Shown here in pieces: positions 36,158 through 45,128 of a DNA stretch of 64,000 nt. The notes beneath the pieces are model-generated. The model saw only the letters and a program-made list of their open reading frames with translations, did not search any database and was not told the origin of the DNA. Position numbers and translations under genes: made by a program. The stretch is from an uncultured Muribaculaceae bacterium (GTDB lineage: Bacteria; Bacillota_I; Bacilli_A; RF39; UBA660), in contig CAZJHG010000003.1 in NCBI GenBank assembly GCA_964545885.1, positions 1,474 to 65,473 on the forward strand. Direction: 5' to 3'. Each line of letters starts with the position of its first letter. The first letter of the stretch is position 1.

Positions 36158-37093
36158 ATGTATAAAATAATTGATAAAGATAAAGAATTAATGGTCCATG
36201 GTCATGAGTCTCTAAAAGAAATTTTAACTCCTCCAAAAGAATTAATTGATTTTATAAACTTTATTGAAGATTTAGAAATAGAAAAAAGGCCATTCTATCT
36301 AGGACCATCTACCAAAGAAACTTCAATAAAAGAAGCCCAAAACTTTTTTAATACAAAATTTAAATTACATAAAGTTCCCTACAAAGGAGAAATACGTTGT
36401 TCTCTAGACTATTACATTTTAAAATATATACCAGGTATTGAAATACCTTTAAAATTACATAATGTTTCTAGATATGTTCATCCATTTGACTTACCAATAA
36501 GATATACTGAAGATGATCAACCAGACTGCATGGTAGTAGAAAATATAACATATATGAACACTGAGTCTTTTCTAAATAGAATGATAATATCATATAAAGA
36601 GATTGTTTTACCATCTAATATAACAGAATTGACATCAAGTTCATATGTCCATGAAATAACTCATACTCAACTTTCCCATATAAAAGGTATAATCAAAGAT
36701 TATTATAATTCAGAAGTACTAAGTATTTTCTTAGAAATATTAAATGTTTATGAATCTAATAATAGTAATCGTTTACTACCTTTACAAGACGCTTGCAGAC
36801 TACTAGAAATAAAAGAAGACTTAAATATATTAATAACTCATCATAATGGAGTAATTATTTCCAAAGAAGAAGATTTAATAGATGCTTCTAAGTATTCAAT
36901 ATCAATTTTAAAAGCTTATGGCTTATTTATTGAATATATAAATGGATCTTCGTCTTTAAAAAAATATATTCTAACTTGTATCCAAAATATTTTTAATGGT
37001 GATTTATGTTTAGAAGAATTACTTGATGAGTTTGAATTAATACCTGAACGTATTACTAAAGATGAAAAAGTCTTATCATATTTTTCAAGATAA
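36158..37093 (+). CDS. Uncharacterised HExxH protein, paralogue 3 of 3
   Basis: SSSYVHEITHTQLSHIKGIIKDYYNSEVLSIFLE. 9-nt gap from paralogue 2. Confidence 0.7.
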   Translation: MYKIIDKDKELMVHGHESLKEILTPPKELIDFINFIEDLEIEKRPFYLGPSTKETSIKEAQNFFNTKFKLHKVPYKGEIRCSLDYYILKYIPGIEIPLKLHNVSRYVHPFDLPIRYTEDDQPDCMVVENITYMNTESFLNRMIISYKEIVLPSNITELTSSSYVHEITHTQLSHIKGIIKDYYNSEVLSIFLEILNVYESNNSNRLLPLQDACRLLEIKEDLNILITHHNGVIISKEEDLIDASKYSISILKAYGLFIEYINGSSSLKKYILTCIQNIFNGDLCLEELLDEFELIPERITKDEKVLSYFSR

Positions 37094-37127
37094 AATAAAG
37101 TATCTGTATTATCAGATATTTTTTTCA

Positions 37128-37136
37128 TGCTATAAT
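37128..37136 (+). promoter_or_regulatory. Extended -10 promoter TGCTATAAT
   Basis: tcaTGCTATAAT preceded by a T-run hairpin (37100-37127). Confidence 0.6.
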
Positions 37137-37158
37137 AAATTTAATAGGAGGTATTACT

Positions 37159-37644
37159 ATGAAAATTTATGTAATAGGACCAACTGGTAGTGGTAAAACA
37201 ACATTATCAGAGTATCTTTCTAAAAAACATAAAATTAATTGTTATGAATTAGATTTATTAGTATATGATGATGAGCACGGCCATGTTAAAAGACCAGATA
37301 AAGTACGTGAAAAAATGTTTAAAGATATCTTAAAAAAAGATTCTTGGATAATAGAAGATGTTGGTCGTTCTAAGTTTGAAGATGGTCGCAAATATGCCGA
37401 TATAATTTATTATATAAATATTCCCAAAATAGTAGTATATAAAAGAGTAATAACTCGCTGGATAAAACAAAGATTAGGCAAAGAAAGATATAACTATCCA
37501 CCAACACTATTTCAATTCTTCGATATGTTAAAAACTACTCATGGATATTTCAAAAAAGAACATCAAAAGAAAGAATCTCTATTACCATATAAGAATAAAG
37601 TAGTATACTTAAGTTATAAAGAATTAAATGAATTGGAGAAATAA
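37159..37644 (+). CDS. P-loop NTPase/kinase (adenylate-kinase-like, FlaR/topology-modulation type)
   Basis: MKIYVIGPTGSGKTTLSEYL Walker A at the extreme N-terminus, 161 aa. Confidence 0.7.
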   Translation: MKIYVIGPTGSGKTTLSEYLSKKHKINCYELDLLVYDDEHGHVKRPDKVREKMFKDILKKDSWIIEDVGRSKFEDGRKYADIIYYINIPKIVVYKRVITRWIKQRLGKERYNYPPTLFQFFDMLKTTHGYFKKEHQKKESLLPYKNKVVYLSYKELNELEK

Positions 37645-37645
37645 T

Positions 37646-38071
37646 ATGATTATTATCAAAGAAAATATCGATAACGTAGATGAATATAATTACTTATATG
37701 ATGAAGTAGGGTGGGGTTCATATTCAAATGAGATATCAAAAAAAGCTTTAAGTAATAACATTTATTCAGTAAGTATTTATGATAATGAGGATATAATAGG
37801 TTATGGAAGAATAATTGGTGATGGAATAGTATTTTTATATATTCACGATATAATGGTTAAAACAGCATATCAAAACCAAGGAATAGGTAAATTAATTATG
37901 CAAAATATCCTAGAAAAAATTAAAAGTATCAAAATAGATAATCCTGATTTAAGAGTATATCTAGGTGCTTCATTAGGAAAAGAATCCTTCTATAAAAAAT
38001 ATGGTTTTATAACTAGAGAAGAAGCTGGTTTAGGTGCAGGGATGATTCTAAATATTGGAGAAATAATATGA
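37646..38071 (+). CDS. GNAT-family N-acetyltransferase
   Basis: YQNQGIGKLIM motif. ATG 37646 follows the upstream stop (37642-37644) with a GGAG RBS. Confidence 0.75.
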   Translation: MIIIKENIDNVDEYNYLYDEVGWGSYSNEISKKALSNNIYSVSIYDNEDIIGYGRIIGDGIVFLYIHDIMVKTAYQNQGIGKLIMQNILEKIKSIKIDNPDLRVYLGASLGKESFYKKYGFITREEAGLGAGMILNIGEII

Positions 38072-38553
38072 TAGTAGAATATGATAAAAAATATGACGAA
38101 GAAATAAAAAATCTTTTAGAAGAACTACAAATATATATAGCAAGTATTGATAAATTAGGTTATAACGTCGTAACAAGAGAATATAAAGAAAAATATTTTA
38201 TTGAAACATTAAACGAAGTAAATGAGCATCAAGGAAAAATTCTCTTATATGAAGAAAATAATAATATAATAGGACTAATAATAGGTATTATTAATAACGA
38301 AGAAGAAAACAACTATGATTTTGTATCTCCTAAAAGAGGAAGAATAACTGAACTTATAGTATCACATAGTTCTCGTTCTAAAGGAGTAGGTACAAAATTA
38401 TTGAACTCTATGGAAAGATACTTATATAGTGTTGGTTGTGAAGATATTCTCTTAGAAGTATTTGCATACAATGAAAAAGCTCAACATTTTTATGAAAAAC
38501 ATGGCTATCAAACACGTTTATTAGATATGACAAAAAAAATAAAAGATGAATAA
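38068..38553 (+). CDS. GNAT-family N-acetyltransferase
   Basis: SRSKGVGTKLL motif and C-terminal FYEKHGY. ATGA overlap with the previous gene. Confidence 0.75.
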   Translation: MIVEYDKKYDEEIKNLLEELQIYIASIDKLGYNVVTREYKEKYFIETLNEVNEHQGKILLYEENNNIIGLIIGIINNEEENNYDFVSPKRGRITELIVSHSSRSKGVGTKLLNSMERYLYSVGCEDILLEVFAYNEKAQHFYEKHGYQTRLLDMTKKIKDE

Positions 38554-38613
38554 CAATTAAAAAAATAACAAAATAATTTAATTATATAATATAATGAATA
38601 AGGAGTGATAAAC

Positions 38614-39450
38614 ATGGTAGAAATAATAGAAATTTTAAAAGCAGTATTATTTGGTATAGTAGAAGGTATTACAGAATGGTTACCAATATCTTCAACAGGC
38701 CATATGATTTTATTAGATGAATTTATTCATTTAGGAGTAAGTGAAGAATTTTATAAATTATTCGAAGTAGTTATTCAATTAGGTGCCATCTTAGCTGTAG
38801 TAATAATTTATTTTAAAACTATTTTTCCTTGGGGATTTGGTAAATCAAAAGAAGAAACGAAAGATACATTAAACTTATGGGGAAAAATTATCGTAGCTTG
38901 CATACCAGCAGCTATAATAGGTATTTTATTTGACGATTGGTTAGATGAACATTTATATAATAGTATAGTAGTATCTCTAGCATTAATTGTTTATGGTGTA
39001 ATATTCATTATAATAGAATCAAAAAAAGTTGGTAAAAGAGATACCAAAAAATTAAAAGATATAACTTATAAACAAGCATTAGGAGTAGGTGGATTCCAAC
39101 TACTATCATTAATTCCTGGTACTAGTAGAAGTGGATCTACTATAATAGGTGGTCTATTATTAGGATTAGACAGAAGTGTAGCAGCAGAATTTACATTCTT
39201 CCTAGCTATCCCAGTAATGGCAGGAGCTTCATTCCTAAAATTATTAAAATATATTTTAAATGTTGGCCTAGTTTTCCAATTAAGTGAACTTATTATATTA
39301 GGAGTAGGTTGCTTAGTAGCATTCATAGTAAGTATTTTAATTATTAAATTCTTAATAAACTATATTAGAAAACATGATTTTAAAGTATTTGGTTATTATA
39401 GAATAGTACTAGGTATTTTAGTATTATTATATTTCCTTTTACAGATATAA
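38614..39450 (+). CDS. uppP: Undecaprenyl-diphosphate phosphatase (BacA/UppP)
   Basis: GIVEGITEWLPISSTGHM and PGTSRSGSTI are the canonical UppP motifs. ATG 38614 is preferred (AAGGAG 8 nt upstream). Confidence 0.95.
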   Translation: MVEIIEILKAVLFGIVEGITEWLPISSTGHMILLDEFIHLGVSEEFYKLFEVVIQLGAILAVVIIYFKTIFPWGFGKSKEETKDTLNLWGKIIVACIPAAIIGILFDDWLDEHLYNSIVVSLALIVYGVIFIIIESKKVGKRDTKKLKDITYKQALGVGGFQLLSLIPGTSRSGSTIIGGLLLGLDRSVAAEFTFFLAIPVMAGASFLKLLKYILNVGLVFQLSELIILGVGCLVAFIVSILIIKFLINYIRKHDFKVFGYYRIVLGILVLLYFLLQI

Positions 39451-39471
39451 ATAATTATTATAGTAAACTTC

Positions 39472-39498
39472 AAAAGTAAATCATTTGATTTACTTTTT
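39472..39498 (+). terminator. Rho-independent terminator after uppP
   Basis: aaaagtaaatc-attt-gatttactttt perfect 11-bp stem followed by a T run. Confidence 0.8.
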
Positions 39499-39502
39499 CT
39501 CA

Positions 39503-39511
39503 TGTTATAAT
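39503..39511 (+). promoter_or_regulatory. Extended -10 promoter TGTTATAAT
   Basis: caTGTTATAAT, leaving a ~110-nt leader before ATG 39631. Confidence 0.5.
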
Positions 39512-39630
39512 AACTTTGTAAAGAGTATAGTTTTATAAAAAAGAAAGGTAAGGGGATTTTGATGTAGTAAATAATTAATTTTAATAAAAAGTTCAATTAG
39601 TCAAAAGAGAATAAACGTAGAGGAGTAAAA

Positions 39631-40758
39631 ATGAAACAAATTGAAAATGAAAGATTAAGATTAATGGTTTTTAAAAGTGCTTTAGAATTAGGAAAAAAAG
39701 TAGATGAGCACTTACTTGATATGTACGGACTTGATAAAAATGAATATACTTTTATAGTACCACTAAAGGAGAACTTTTTCTCTGACGGACATTTAAAGGT
39801 AGAGATAATGGACACTGTAAGAGGAAAAGATGTCTTTTGTTTAACAGACATTGGAAATTGTTCAGTAACTTATAATATGCGTGGTTTTACAAATCATATG
39901 AGTCCAAATGATTGGATGATGGAATTAAAAGATGGTATTGGTGCTTGTAATTGTCATACAAAGAGTATAAATATTGTTATGCCACTTCTATATGCTGGTA
40001 GACAACATCGTCGTAAAACACGTGAAAACTTAATGTGTGGTATGATGCTTCACGAATTAGAAGAGATGAGTGAAATGAAAAGTTTTATAACTTTCGATGC
40101 TCACGATCCAGGAGTAGAACATGCTTTGCATAAAACAGAATTTGATAACTTCTTCGCAACTAATGTTATTTTAGAAGAATTTATTAATAACTTACCAAAA
40201 GAGGAATTAGAACATTTAGCGTTCATCGCTCCAGATAATGGTGCCGTTGGTAGAAGAGATGTTTACTTAAACTCATTTAATTCATCTAGCATTGATAGAG
40301 AAGCTGGAAGTTTCATCAAAAAAAGAGATTACAATAACTTAGTAGATGGTAAATATCCAGTAGTAGAACACCAATATAGTGGAAATTCTGACCTAACAGG
40401 ATACACAGCTATTGTAAGTGATGATATGATATCAAGCGGTGGTAGTATGTTTGATGTTATAGAAGAACTAAAGAAAAGAAATGTAAAACGTATATATCTA
40501 TTTACTACATATGCCTTATTTGCAAATGGAATAGAAAAATTTGAAGAATACTATAAATCAGGTCAGTTTGATGGATTATATACAACAAACTTATCTTATA
40601 TTCCAGAAGAATATAAAAAATGTGAATGGTTACATATATGTGACTGCTCTAAACTACTAGCTGAAGTAATTTATAGTATTCACGAAGATAAATCAATCTC
40701 TAGTATTTTACATGATAAATCGTACCCAGTAAAACTACTAGAAAAGAAATTCAATTGA
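39631..40758 (+). CDS. Ribose-phosphate pyrophosphokinase-like protein (long, divergent)
   Basis: FSDGHLKVEIMDTVRGKDVF, PLLYAGRQHRR (RQ-R flexible-loop motif) and IVSDDMISSGGSM (PRPP/ribose-5-P loop). 375 aa versus ~315 aa for a typical Prs. Confidence 0.7.
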   Translation: MKQIENERLRLMVFKSALELGKKVDEHLLDMYGLDKNEYTFIVPLKENFFSDGHLKVEIMDTVRGKDVFCLTDIGNCSVTYNMRGFTNHMSPNDWMMELKDGIGACNCHTKSINIVMPLLYAGRQHRRKTRENLMCGMMLHELEEMSEMKSFITFDAHDPGVEHALHKTEFDNFFATNVILEEFINNLPKEELEHLAFIAPDNGAVGRRDVYLNSFNSSSIDREAGSFIKKRDYNNLVDGKYPVVEHQYSGNSDLTGYTAIVSDDMISSGGSMFDVIEELKKRNVKRIYLFTTYALFANGIEKFEEYYKSGQFDGLYTTNLSYIPEEYKKCEWLHICDCSKLLAEVIYSIHEDKSISSILHDKSYPVKLLEKKFN

Positions 40759-40791
40759 AAAAGAAGTAGCAATACTTCTTTTTCAATTGAA
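40750..40791. repeat. Perfect 19-bp inverted repeat with a 4-nt loop, overlapping the prs-like stop (probable terminator)
   Basis: ttcaattgaaaaagaagta-gcaa-tacttctttttcaattgaa. There is no long T run 3' of the stem. Confidence 0.7.
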
Positions 40792-40925
40792 TTCTATTGT
40801 AAAATTATTGTCATAATAATAAAAAAAACTAAAATATTTGATACAATATAACTAGTAATAACACAAAAACTATTATTTAGAGAGTTACAATATATATAAG
40901 AAATATGTGGTAAAGGAAGATTAAA

Positions 40926-43742
40926 ATGACTGATTTAGAACAAAGAAAAGCAGCAAAAGCATTTGCTGAGCAATGGAAAGATAAAGGATACGAAAAAGGT
41001 GAATCCCAGAAATATTGGATAGACTTATTAGAAAACGTATTAGGAGTAAGTAATGCTATTAATTTTATTCGTTTTGAAGATACTGTTCATATAGATAAAG
41101 CGACAGGTTTTATTGATGCGTTTATAGATAAAACTAAGGTCCTAATAGAACAAAAATCAATTGATAAAGATTTAAGAAAAGCAATTAAACAATCAGATGG
41201 TTCTTTATTGAATCCGTTTCAACAAGCAAAAAGATATTCGGCTGAACTTCCGTACGATGATAGACCAAGATGGATTATTACATGTAATTTTAAATCGTTT
41301 CTTGTTTACGATATGAATAATCCTAATGGAGAACCAGAAGAAATATTACTAAAGGATTTACCAAAAGAGTATTATAGATTACAATTCTTAGTTGATTCTA
41401 AAAGTGATCATATTAAGAAAGAAGAAGAGTTATCATTTAAAGCTGGGGAATTAGTTGGTAATTTATATGATGCATTTTCTAAACAATATAAAGACTTAGA
41501 AAACGAACAATCACAAAAAGATTTAAATGAGCTATGTGTTAGATTAGTATTTTGTCTTTATGCAGAAGATGCAGGCTTATTTGGAAGGAAATGTGTATTC
41601 CACGACTACCTTGCTAAATATGAAGATTTAAATCTAATGCGTAAAGCATTGATAGAATTATTTAAAATATTAGATACACCATTAGACAAAAGAGACCCTT
41701 ATTTAGAAGATGATTTAAATCAATTTCCATATGTTAATGGTGGATTATTTTCTAATGAAAACATAGAAATACCTACATTTACTCAAGAAATAAGAGAAAT
41801 CCTTCTTGCTAAAGCTTCCGATGATTTCGATTGGTCTGAAATATCACCAACTATCTTCGGTGCAGTATTTGAATCGACATTAAATCCAGAAACGCGTAGA
41901 GCGGGTGGAATGCATTATACTTCAATTGAAAATATTCACAAAGTAATAGATCCATTATTTTTGGATGAATTAAGAGAAAAATTAGATGAAGCAGAAAGTT
42001 ATAAAAACGAAAAAAACAGAACAGAAAAATTAAGGGAATTTCAAAATTATCTTTCTTCTTTAACATTTTTTGATCCAGCATGTGGCTCCGGGAACTTTTT
42101 AACTGAAAGTTATTTGGCATTAAGAAGACTAGAGAATGAAGCAATTTCTTTATATGCTATAAATGAAGGTCAAATAGGTTTTGGTTTAGAAAATGAAAAT
42201 AATCTAATCAAGGTATCTATTCAACAATTTTATGGTATTGAAATAAATGATTTTGCCGTTAAAGTTGCCAAGACAGCTCTATGGATAGCAGAATGTCAAA
42301 TGTATACAGAAACTAAAAAAATCTTATCAAACGAAACAGGAATTTCTGAATTCTTACCATTAGAATCCTATAACAATATATATGAAGGTAATGCACTACG
42401 TATAGATTGGAATGAAATACTACCCAACACTAAATGTAGCTATATAATGGGTAATCCGCCATTTATCGGAACCAAAGTAATGAGTAATATTCAAAAAGAA
42501 GATACTAAAAACATTTTAGGAAACTATGAAAAATATGGAACTTTAGATTATGTTTCATGTTGGTATGTATTGGCAGCTGAATATATTCAGAATACAAAAA
42601 TTCAATGTGCATTAGTATCAACAAATTCAATTACACAGGGTGAACAGGTATATTGTTTATGGAAACCTTTATTAGTAGATAAAAATATTGTTATAGATTT
42701 TGCTTATAATACATTTATTTGGGATAGTGAGGCATCTATAAAAGCACATGTTCATTGTGTGATTATTGGTTTTTCGCATTTGAATAATAAATTAAAAAAA
42801 TATTTATACAATGATAATAGGGTAAAACAAGTGAATAATATAAATGGTTATTTAGTAGATGCACCTAATATATTTATAAGCAGTAGAAAGTTTCCTATTT
42901 CAAATGTTCCTGCAATATTTAATGGATGTAAATTTCTGGATGATGGTAATTATGTATTTACAAAACAAGAAATGGAAGAATTTATTTCTAAAGATCCAAA
43001 TGCAAGAAAATTTATAAGAAGATATTATGGTGCAGATAATTTTATAAATAATAAAGAACTATATTGTATCTGGTTAAAAAATGCTGAACCATCAGATGTT
43101 AAAGCTTCACCACTAACAATGGATAGAATTAATAAGGTAAAAGAATTTAGATTGGCTTGTAAAAGTCCGGATACAAATAGTTATGCAAATAGACCTATGT
43201 TACCTACGAGGATGGCTTATTATAGTAATAATGAAGATGTCGATGTGCTTATTATTCCAATTGTATCATCAGAGAGAAGACGATATTTACCAATTGGATA
43301 TATGGACAAAGATGCCATTGTTTCTTATGCCAACATGATTATGCCGCAAGCATCTTTATATTCCTTTGGTGTGATTGAATCAAATGTTCACATGGCATGG
43401 ATGAGAACTATTTGTGGTAGATTAAAAAGTGATTATAGATATTCCAATACAATAGTTTATAATAATTTTCCGTGGCCTAATCCAACTAAAGAACAGAAAG
43501 AAAAAATAGAAAAAACAGCTCAACTTATATTAGATGCAAGGGCAAAATATCCAAATAGTTCTCTTGCTGATTTATATGATGAATTAACTATGCCATCAGA
43601 ACTTAGAAAAGCTCATCAATTAAATGATAGAGCAGTAATGGAAGCGTATGGTTTCCCTGTAAAAAGTTCATTTACTGAATCAGATTGTGTCGCCGAATTA
43701 ATGAAATTATATCAAAAACTAACAGAGAATAAAGAGAATTAG
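40926..43742 (+). CDS. Type IIL restriction-modification enzyme, MmeI family (fused nuclease, N6-adenine methyltransferase and TRD)
   Basis: N-terminus AAKAFAEQWKDKGYEKGESQKYWIDLL with the D..EQK nuclease motif (IDAFIDKTKVLIEQKS), motif I FFDPACGSGNFL, motif IV GNPPFIG, 938 aa. Confidence 0.8.
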   Translation: MTDLEQRKAAKAFAEQWKDKGYEKGESQKYWIDLLENVLGVSNAINFIRFEDTVHIDKATGFIDAFIDKTKVLIEQKSIDKDLRKAIKQSDGSLLNPFQQAKRYSAELPYDDRPRWIITCNFKSFLVYDMNNPNGEPEEILLKDLPKEYYRLQFLVDSKSDHIKKEEELSFKAGELVGNLYDAFSKQYKDLENEQSQKDLNELCVRLVFCLYAEDAGLFGRKCVFHDYLAKYEDLNLMRKALIELFKILDTPLDKRDPYLEDDLNQFPYVNGGLFSNENIEIPTFTQEIREILLAKASDDFDWSEISPTIFGAVFESTLNPETRRAGGMHYTSIENIHKVIDPLFLDELREKLDEAESYKNEKNRTEKLREFQNYLSSLTFFDPACGSGNFLTESYLALRRLENEAISLYAINEGQIGFGLENENNLIKVSIQQFYGIEINDFAVKVAKTALWIAECQMYTETKKILSNETGISEFLPLESYNNIYEGNALRIDWNEILPNTKCSYIMGNPPFIGTKVMSNIQKEDTKNILGNYEKYGTLDYVSCWYVLAAEYIQNTKIQCALVSTNSITQGEQVYCLWKPLLVDKNIVIDFAYNTFIWDSEASIKAHVHCVIIGFSHLNNKLKKYLYNDNRVKQVNNINGYLVDAPNIFISSRKFPISNVPAIFNGCKFLDDGNYVFTKQEMEEFISKDPNARKFIRRYYGADNFINNKELYCIWLKNAEPSDVKASPLTMDRINKVKEFRLACKSPDTNSYANRPMLPTRMAYYSNNEDVDVLIIPIVSSERRRYLPIGYMDKDAIVSYANMIMPQASLYSFGVIESNVHMAWMRTICGRLKSDYRYSNTIVYNNFPWPNPTKEQKEKIEKTAQLILDARAKYPNSSLADLYDELTMPSELRKAHQLNDRAVMEAYGFPVKSSFTESDCVAELMKLYQKLTENKEN

Positions 43743-43757
43743 ATATAATTAAGAAAT

Positions 43758-43794
43758 AAGGATAAAATACCAAAAAAAGTTTTATCCTTTTTTT
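43758..43794 (+). terminator. Rho-independent terminator
   Basis: aaggataaaa / ttttatcctt 10-bp stem followed by T7. Confidence 0.8.
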
Positions 43795-43889
43795 ATAAAA
43801 AAATAAAGATAAGTAAAATTATGTTAAATTTTCAAGTATTTTAGTGGTTATTACTATATTTTTGATAAAATGATATAGAGGTAGATAAT

Positions 43890-45128
43890 ATGAAAGAATT
43901 AGCCAATTATTGCTTAGGATGTATAAAAAAGCCATGTCAACAAGGTTGTCCTCTAAGTAACGATACAACTAGTTTTATAAATTTAATTAAAGAAGAAAAA
44001 TATAAAGAAGCATACGAACTATTATGTGAAACAACAGTTCTTCAATCAGTATGTGGACGTATTTGTCCTCATCAAAAACAATGTGAAGGCAAGTGTATCA
44101 GAGCATACAAAGGAGAACCAGTAAAAATAGGTTCATTAGAATCATTCATCGGCGATATGGCTATTCAAAATAACTGGTCAATTCCTAAAAAAGAAATTTT
44201 AAATCAAGGAAAAGTAGCAATTATAGGTGGTGGTCCAGCTGGTCTTACATGTGCAGCCTTCTTATCAAAGCAAGGAGTAAAAGTAACAATATATGAGAAA
44301 CATAACTACTTAGGTGGTTTACTTCGCCATGGTATTCCAGAATTTCGTCTCCCTAAATCAATCTTAGATGATACTATAGATAAAATATTAGAACTTGGTA
44401 TAGAAGTAAAATTAAACCAAGAATTAGGAAAAAATCTAACTATCGAAGACTTAGAAAAAGAATATGATGCAATATATATAGCAATCGGTGCTAACATCTC
44501 TTCTAATATGAATATCGAAGGAGAAAATCTAAACGGCGTATATGGTGGCAACGAACTACTAGAAAATCAAAATTATCCAGAACTAAAAAACAAAACTGTC
44601 ATCGTAAATGGTGGAGGTAATGTTGCAATGGATGTTGCTCGTACTTTAAATAAATTAGGTGCAACAGTTAAAATAGTATATCGTCGTTCTGAAAATGAAA
44701 TGCCAGCTGAATTAAAAGAAATCAAAGAAGCAAAAGAAGAAGGAATAGAGTTCATTATTCAAACTAACATTCTAAAAATAAATGGAACAACCCAAGTAGA
44801 AAGTATTGAATGCATCAAAACAGAACTAGTATCAATAGAAAACGAAAGACCAAGACCTCAAAATATAGAAGGTACTAACTACATAATAGATTGCGACTAT
44901 GTCATCATGGCCATTGGTGGTCAACCAGAAAAAGAAATAGTAAGAAAATTAAATATAGAACTAGATTCTAAAAATCGTATTGTCACTAATGAAAACTATC
45001 AAACATCTAATCCAAAAATATTTGCTGGTGGCGATATAACTGGGACAACTAGTACTGTAGCATATGCTTCTCGTAGTGGAAGAGATGCATCAATTAATAT
45101 AATTAAATATTTAGAAGGAGAACTATAA
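43890..45128 (+). CDS. GltD-family NAD(P)H-dependent oxidoreductase (glutamate synthase small-subunit-like)
   Basis: N-terminal Cys clusters CLGC..PC..GCP and CGRICP..C.GKC, FAD motif VAIIGGGPAGL, second Rossmann motif VNGGGNVAMD. Confidence 0.8.
   Translation: MKELANYCLGCIKKPCQQGCPLSNDTTSFINLIKEEKYKEAYELLCETTVLQSVCGRICPHQKQCEGKCIRAYKGEPVKIGSLESFIGDMAIQNNWSIPKKEILNQGKVAIIGGGPAGLTCAAFLSKQGVKVTIYEKHNYLGGLLRHGIPEFRLPKSILDDTIDKILELGIEVKLNQELGKNLTIEDLEKEYDAIYIAIGANISSNMNIEGENLNGVYGGNELLENQNYPELKNKTVIVNGGGNVAMDVARTLNKLGATVKIVYRRSENEMPAELKEIKEAKEEGIEFIIQTNILKINGTTQVESIECIKTELVSIENERPRPQNIEGTNYIIDCDYVIMAIGGQPEKEIVRKLNIELDSKNRIVTNENYQTSNPKIFAGGDITGTTSTVAYASRSGRDASINIIKYLEGEL

Noticed and set aside
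39512-39630. Structured leader or riboswitch ahead of the prs-like gene
   Set aside because: The ~110-nt leader is A/T-rich with no convincing conserved helices or terminator/antiterminator pair that I can see. It contains only a trivial ATG-TAG. Rfam could check it, but it is not claimable.
40759-43889. The MmeI-like gene as part of a mobile element or genomic island
   Set aside because: No integrase, transposase, tRNA attachment site or flanking direct repeats are visible, and by eye the composition is similar to the surroundings. Only the 19-bp palindrome at the left edge is notable, and it is reported separately.
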